DNA of 64,000 nucleotides from an uncultured Verrucomicrobiae bacterium (GTDB lineage Bacteria; Verrucomicrobiota; Verrucomicrobiia; Chthoniobacterales; JAATET01): NCBI GenBank assembly GCA_963719495.1, contig CAVRCI010000011.1, positions 64,001 to 128,000 of the forward strand, read 5' to 3'. Shown piece by piece: positions 59,258 to 64,000 of this stretch (position 1 is its first letter; each line of letters starts with the position of its first letter). The notes under the pieces were generated by a model. It saw only the letters and a program-made list of their open reading frames with translations, ran no database searches and was not told where the DNA came from. The position numbers and the translations under genes were made by a program.

Positions 59258-61492
59258 ATGAAAACACCCCTCCATCTCACGAAAAACATTGCTGCGGCGC
59301 TGGCGATTCCGCTGTTCCTGTTGCCCATTGATCGCCTTGCGGCTCAAACCGACGGAACCTGGACGAAAACGAACGCCGGAACGGCGGATTGGAATGACTC
59401 GGCGAATTGGAGCGGGGGGAATATCGCGGACGGCGTCGGAGCGACGGCGAACTTCACGCCACTCCAAAACACAACTCGCATCGTCAACATCGATACGACC
59501 AGCCGAACGGTGGGGATTTTCAACCTACTCAATCAGCACAACAACGGATCGAGTTCGCAGAGCTACACCTTCGCGACGACGATGGCCAATAGCCTGACGT
59601 TCGACAACGGTGCCTCCACGGCGCAGCTCAACACCCTGGTCCCGTCCTACGAATCCGGGGGAACGAATACCTTCAGCGTGCCGATGTTCGTCGGCAGTTC
59701 GCTCGACATCAACAACGGGCGGCCGTTGAGCTCCAACACGCTCACGCTTTCCGGACCCGTCTCGGCGTCTTCCACCGGGACAAAAACGATCTCGAACGTC
59801 AGCACCGGTCCAGCAGCCGTCGTGATCAGTGGTGCGGTTTCGGATGGCTCCGGCGTCGTCGGTATTCGTCAGAACAGTGCGACCAGTCAGATGACTTTGA
59901 GCGGGACGAACACGCACACCGGTGGGACGGCGATTGATGCCGGCGTGCTGGCGATCTCGTCGAATGCCAATCTCGGCGCCGCAGCGGGCGGGGTGACGTT
60001 CAACGGCGGCACCCTGCGGGTGACGAGCTCGATCAACGATTCGGGCTACCAACCCCTGACGACCGTGAATGCCGGCGGCGGAACGATCCAGGCGGATGGA
60101 TTCGTCAATTATTATGGCGTGATCGCCGGGTCCGGCACCTTGACCAAGACGGGCGGAAACGTTCTGTCGCTCAACAACGCCGGAAACACTCACACCGGAG
60201 GAATCGTGGTCAATGACGGTCAACTCCGGGTGCGTAACGACGGAGCCTTCGGCGCGGCCAGCAACGGAGTGACATTCGCGGACGGCACGACCTTCCGGCA
60301 GAGCGACACGTTCGACGCGGGAGCGGGGCGCACTCTGACGTTGGCTTCGGGCAACGTGATTGTCAGCACGACCAGCAACTTCGGCTGGCAGGGCACCGTG
60401 ACCGGTGCCGGTGGAATGACGAAGGTCGAATCCGCCACGCTGACACTGAGTGGGACGAACGACTACGTCGGCAACACGGTTATCCAGGCGGGATCGGTGC
60501 GGATCGATGCCGACGAGAACCTTGGGGCCGCTTCGAGTGGCGTGATGCTGGATGGCGGAACCCTCCAAGTGGACAACGTGGTTTCGGGGACCGGTGTGGT
60601 CTCGGACCGAAGCCTCAACGTGACGGTCGGCGGCGGAACGGTTCAGACCGATAAGTTCGTGAACTGGGGCGGTGTGGTTTCTGGCTCGGGTGTCCTGACC
60701 AAGACGGGTGGCAGCACGCTCTCGCTCAACAACGATGCCAACAGCCACAGCGGAAACATCGACGTCCAGGCTGGTAAACTTCGCATTCGCGCCGGAGACG
60801 GTAGCCTTGGTGCGGCTGGCAACAACGTGACCCTCGCCGACGGGAGCACGTTCCAGGTTTCCAACTTCGGAAGCGTCACGGACCCCACGGTCTCCGCCTC
60901 CCGGACACTCACGCTGACCTCGGGCACCGTCACCTTCGAGATTGATAGCGAGACCCCGATGGCTGCAGCAATCACTGGAGCTGGTGGTCTCACGAAGATC
61001 GGAGCTTCCGACTTCACGATGATCGGTTTGGCAACCTATACGGGAGCAACGACCATCAACGAAGGTAATTTCATCCTCGGAGCGAGTGAGCGCCTGGCGG
61101 ACACGAGCAATATTGTGTTGGGCGGCGGAACACTCGACGCGGCTGGATTCAGCGAGACGGCGGGGACATTGCTCCTCACGGGAAATTCGAGCCTGTTGCT
61201 CGGCGGCACCGGGACAAACAGCTTTAGCTTCGCCAACAGCAGCGCGCTGGACTGGAGCAGCTTCACGATGGACATCAACGGCACGTTTGTCGGCGGTCAA
61301 TCCGTTCGCTTCGGCTTCGACAGCACAGGCTTGACGATGGGTCAGCTCTCCGCGATCTCGATCAACGGGATCGGTGCCGGGATCGATTCCGCCGGTTTCC
61401 TGACGGCGGTTCCCGAGCCATCGGCGGTCGCTCTGTTCGGTCTTGCTCTTGCGGTCCTCGTCTTCGTGCGGCGCCGGCGGCAGACCGCTTAG
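59258..61492 (+). CDS. Autotransporter-associated beta-strand repeat protein with PEP-CTERM sorting signal
   Basis: Repeated LTKTG..TL.L...N...G units; C-terminal VPEPS-TM-RRRR. Confidence 0.93.
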   Translation: MKTPLHLTKNIAAALAIPLFLLPIDRLAAQTDGTWTKTNAGTADWNDSANWSGGNIADGVGATANFTPLQNTTRIVNIDTTSRTVGIFNLLNQHNNGSSSQSYTFATTMANSLTFDNGASTAQLNTLVPSYESGGTNTFSVPMFVGSSLDINNGRPLSSNTLTLSGPVSASSTGTKTISNVSTGPAAVVISGAVSDGSGVVGIRQNSATSQMTLSGTNTHTGGTAIDAGVLAISSNANLGAAAGGVTFNGGTLRVTSSINDSGYQPLTTVNAGGGTIQADGFVNYYGVIAGSGTLTKTGGNVLSLNNAGNTHTGGIVVNDGQLRVRNDGAFGAASNGVTFADGTTFRQSDTFDAGAGRTLTLASGNVIVSTTSNFGWQGTVTGAGGMTKVESATLTLSGTNDYVGNTVIQAGSVRIDADENLGAASSGVMLDGGTLQVDNVVSGTGVVSDRSLNVTVGGGTVQTDKFVNWGGVVSGSGVLTKTGGSTLSLNNDANSHSGNIDVQAGKLRIRAGDGSLGAAGNNVTLADGSTFQVSNFGSVTDPTVSASRTLTLTSGTVTFEIDSETPMAAAITGAGGLTKIGASDFTMIGLATYTGATTINEGNFILGASERLADTSNIVLGGGTLDAAGFSETAGTLLLTGNSSLLLGGTGTNSFSFANSSALDWSSFTMDINGTFVGGQSVRFGFDSTGLTMGQLSAISINGIGAGIDSAGFLTAVPEPSAVALFGLALAVLVFVRRRRQTA

Positions 61493-61520
61493 ATCTCGAG
61501 GGAAACAAGGTCATAAGCGG

Positions 61521-61551
61521 AAAAGGGCGTTCTTCGGAACGCCCTTTTTTT
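61521..61551 (+). terminator. Rho-independent terminator (possibly bidirectional)
   Basis: AAAAGGGCGTTC-TTCG-GAACGCCC-TTTTTTT. Confidence 0.9.
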
Positions 61552-61877
61552 GTGGAGAAATTTTTCGAAAGCGGGCGATGCTGCGATCCTATCGGGATCG
61601 CAACACGGGTGGTCGATGGATCGAAGACCCCGAGCGAACTGAACGGTGGTGAACTATGTGGAATCGGCATAGCAGCCGATTTTGCTGTGGTGATCGGCTG
61701 GAAGCCAATGTCACGAACGTCTGATGCGGCCGACGTTCGAGAACGGACGCGTCACTGGGCGGGGCGGCGAGCGCTCCGCGCACGCTGACGAATGACTCCG
61801 TTTGGAATGACGGCTCTGGTTCGCCGGGCATCGTCTCCCGGCAACTCGCGCGAAGCGCGGGAGAATTTTTCACCGAT

Positions 61878-61969
61878 TGTAGCGGCGTGTCTGTGACCGC
61901 CGCTGATTTCCGCGACAATTGAATCTTACCCTGTTGCCAGGCCGCCGGCGGTCATAGACCGCCGCTACA
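61878..61969. repeat. Inverted pair of GTAG-type REP sequences (REPIN-like)
   Basis: TGTAGCGGCGTGTCTGTGACCGCCG ... CGGCGGTCATAGACCGCCGCTACA. Confidence 0.8.
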
Positions 61970-62147
61970 GCCACGGTCTGGTTCATCGTGCGATTTGTTT
62001 TCAGACGTCCCCAGGGTCGGCGGAAACGGGGCGATGCCTGCCCGTGGTGTTCCCACACTGGATTGCAGGCTATCGTCAGCTCATTCCGCGGCTGAACTGG
62101 ATTCGAGCTTGGCGCGAACGGTAACAAGCGCTGGAGGATGGGTCGCG

Positions 62148-64000
62148 TCACTTGTCTTTCATCAGACCGCGGGCGGTGGGACCGAGTTCGGGGTTGTCGA
62201 GGAACGGGATCAGGAGTTCGTTCAGCCCGTCCCGGTATTTGAATTTAATCTTCTCGCAGGCTCGCAGGATCGTGAGTCGCTGGCTGTCGCTTGCGGCGGC
62301 GAGGGCGTCGCCGACGAGTTTGACTCGGCGGGCCGCGCCATTGGGCATGCCTCTGGGCATGGCGGATGAGCCAATCAATCGGCTGAGCGCCTGAAGTGCT
62401 TGGGCGGCCCCGGTTGGGTCCGAATTCTCGGCTGCGAGGCGCTCGAGCCAGAATGATGCCGCGTCGTAGTTCGGCCAGGCGGCGAGCGCTTTCAGAGCGG
62501 GGGACCGGAGCTCTGGGGTATCGCTCCGGGCCTTTTCGGTGAGGTAGGCGAGAGCCTCCGGCGCGGGGACTGAATCCATCACGACGATCAAAGCGCCCCG
62601 GTCGTTGTCGGTGGCCGCCGCGGCGAGGGCGGGTTGGAAGGCGGTGGTCCAAAGGCTCGCGGGTTGGTCGAGTCGGACGGCGAGCCGCTTGAGCGCGAGC
62701 TGGGCGGGTCGGCGGGAAGCCGAGTCCTTCCCGGAGACGACCAGTCGCGCGAGGTCGGCGGCTGAATTGGTGCCGCCGATCTGAGCCAGGGATTCCAGGA
62801 GGGCCGTCTGAAACTCTCCCGGGGCGTTGGTGTCGAGTTGAGTGGTGAGGATGGCTTCGGCTCCGCGCGGATTGCGCAGGCCGAGGGCGCGGACGGCGGC
62901 GATTCGGGTCGTCTCGTCTTTGGCCGTGACCTGATCCCGAAGTTGGTCGTCGACGACGGGATCGAGTCGCGCGAGGGCTTCGGCGGCCGCGTCGACGACG
63001 TCGCGATCCTTGGAGTCGAGCCGGGCGGCGATGGCGGGCAGGCTGGCTTCGCGGCCAATCCTTCCGAGCGTCCGTAGGGCGGCGATCTGCACTCCGGCGT
63101 TGGGCGATTCGAGTAGGGCGATGAGCGCGGACTTCGCGGTCGTGTCGGGATGAATCGCGAGAGCGGCGACGATGACGATTTGGGCGGATGGGTCGAGGTC
63201 GGGGAGTTGGTCGAGGAGAATGGTCCGCGTCGCCTCGACGGACATGGCGCTGTGAATGATCGCGGTGCGTCCGGCGAACGTCCGATCACCGAGCGCGGTC
63301 GCGAATGCGGTGCTGGCGGCGGCGAGATCGCGTGAAAGTAGTTGAGCAAAGGCCCCGGCTCGGATGCCGGCGTTGGCCCCCTCTCCGACGAGCTGCGTCA
63401 GCTCGGCGAGGTCCGGCGACAGGGCGAGCAGGGCTGCTTGGAAGTCGGGATTCGCCGGTTCGCGAGCGATAGCGGAACGGACTGCTTCAATGGCATCCGC
63501 GCCGCCGAGGCGGGCGAGTGCTTGCGCGGCCGCGGCTTTAGCGGCGGGATCTTCGGTCGTCAGAAACGGGACGATGGCTGGGACGGCCGAGTCGTCGCCG
63601 CGCCACGCGAGCGCCTGAATCCAAGCAGAGGGATCGTCAGCCGCTTTGAGCGCGCGGGCGATCCGGGCGGTAGCGGTAGGGTCGGGATTCGCCGCAAGCG
63701 CTTCCAAAGCTTCGTTGGCGATGACCGGGTCGGTCGAGTCGAGCTGAGCAACCAGGGGGTCGAGGGCAGCGGGGCCGCCGACGAAACGCAGCATCCGCAG
63801 CGTCCAGGTGCGTTCCTGGGTCGGCTTGTCCGGGCCAATTCGATCGAGGAGCTGGCGCTCGAATTCGACGCGCTCGGTGGGAGCTGCTCCGGGCGCGGTG
63901 ACGGCGTTGGCCCGCGTCTGAAGACTTTCCTGGGCGGCAAGCCGCCGGGTGAGGTCGTCGCTGGAGAGATCGCGGAACGGATCGGCGGAGAGGGAGGACA
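62148..64000 (-). CDS. HEAT/PBS-lyase repeat protein (5' end runs off window)
   Basis: Repeated AAA.AL..LG helical units; the frame stays open from the track ATG at 63794 to the window end. Confidence 0.8.
   Translation of the reverse strand, partial: SSLSADPFRDLSSDDLTRRLAAQESLQTRANAVTAPGAAPTERVEFERQLLDRIGPDKPTQERTWTLRMLRFVGGPAALDPLVAQLDSTDPVIANEALEALAANPDPTATARIARALKAADDPSAWIQALAWRGDDSAVPAIVPFLTTEDPAAKAAAAQALARLGGADAIEAVRSAIAREPANPDFQAALLALSPDLAELTQLVGEGANAGIRAGAFAQLLSRDLAAASTAFATALGDRTFAGRTAIIHSAMSVEATRTILLDQLPDLDPSAQIVIVAALAIHPDTTAKSALIALLESPNAGVQIAALRTLGRIGREASLPAIAARLDSKDRDVVDAAAEALARLDPVVDDQLRDQVTAKDETTRIAAVRALGLRNPRGAEAILTTQLDTNAPGEFQTALLESLAQIGGTNSAADLARLVVSGKDSASRRPAQLALKRLAVRLDQPASLWTTAFQPALAAAATDNDRGALIVVMDSVPAPEALAYLTEKARSDTPELRSPALKALAAWPNYDAASFWLERLAAENSDPTGAAQALQALSRLIGSSAMPRGMPNGAARRVKLVGDALAAASDSQRLTILRACEKIKFKYRDGLNELLIPFLDNPELGPTARGLMKDK

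Noticed and set aside
61552..62147. Short ORFs downstream of the PEP-CTERM terminator
   Set aside because: No motifs; the region is made of hairpins and REP-like units between convergent genes.

Overview
GC-rich bacterial DNA, most likely Verrucomicrobiota (inferred from a PEP-CTERM/autotransporter-beta-strand-repeat protein, a MoxR/vWA cluster and the repeat styles). The housekeeping backbone comprises bamA (partial), a PhoD phosphatase, pdxH, tRNA-Thr-tuf-tRNA-Trp-secE-nusG, nnr, an MscS-like channel, an RsuA/RluE-family pseudouridine synthase, agmatine deiminase, miaB, mutS, Uma2, a MoxR-DUF58-vWA-ABC cluster, TonB/ExbBD and DUF4126. A LacI-controlled 2-keto-3-deoxy-sugar-acid utilisation locus follows (two VCBS/FG-GAP proteins, DHDPS-family aldolase, Na+/solute symporter, sialate O-acetylesterase, FGGY kinase, PEP-CTERM protein). 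The most unusual region is a ~9 kb island (10079-19131) bounded by the two arms of a palindromic repeat. It carries an atypical response regulator and a split Rhs system: a signal-peptide-bearing YD-repeat cage gene that stops just before the Rhs core, and a separate signal-peptide-bearing gene with the autoproteolytic core plus a C-terminal effector. A putative immunity gene, a hydrolase and a broken O-antigen-ligase-like gene follow. Intergenic DNA is dense with REP-like and nested palindromic repeats, some inserted in-frame into proteins (nnr, rhs). All calls come from reading the sequence and motifs; no database searches were run.
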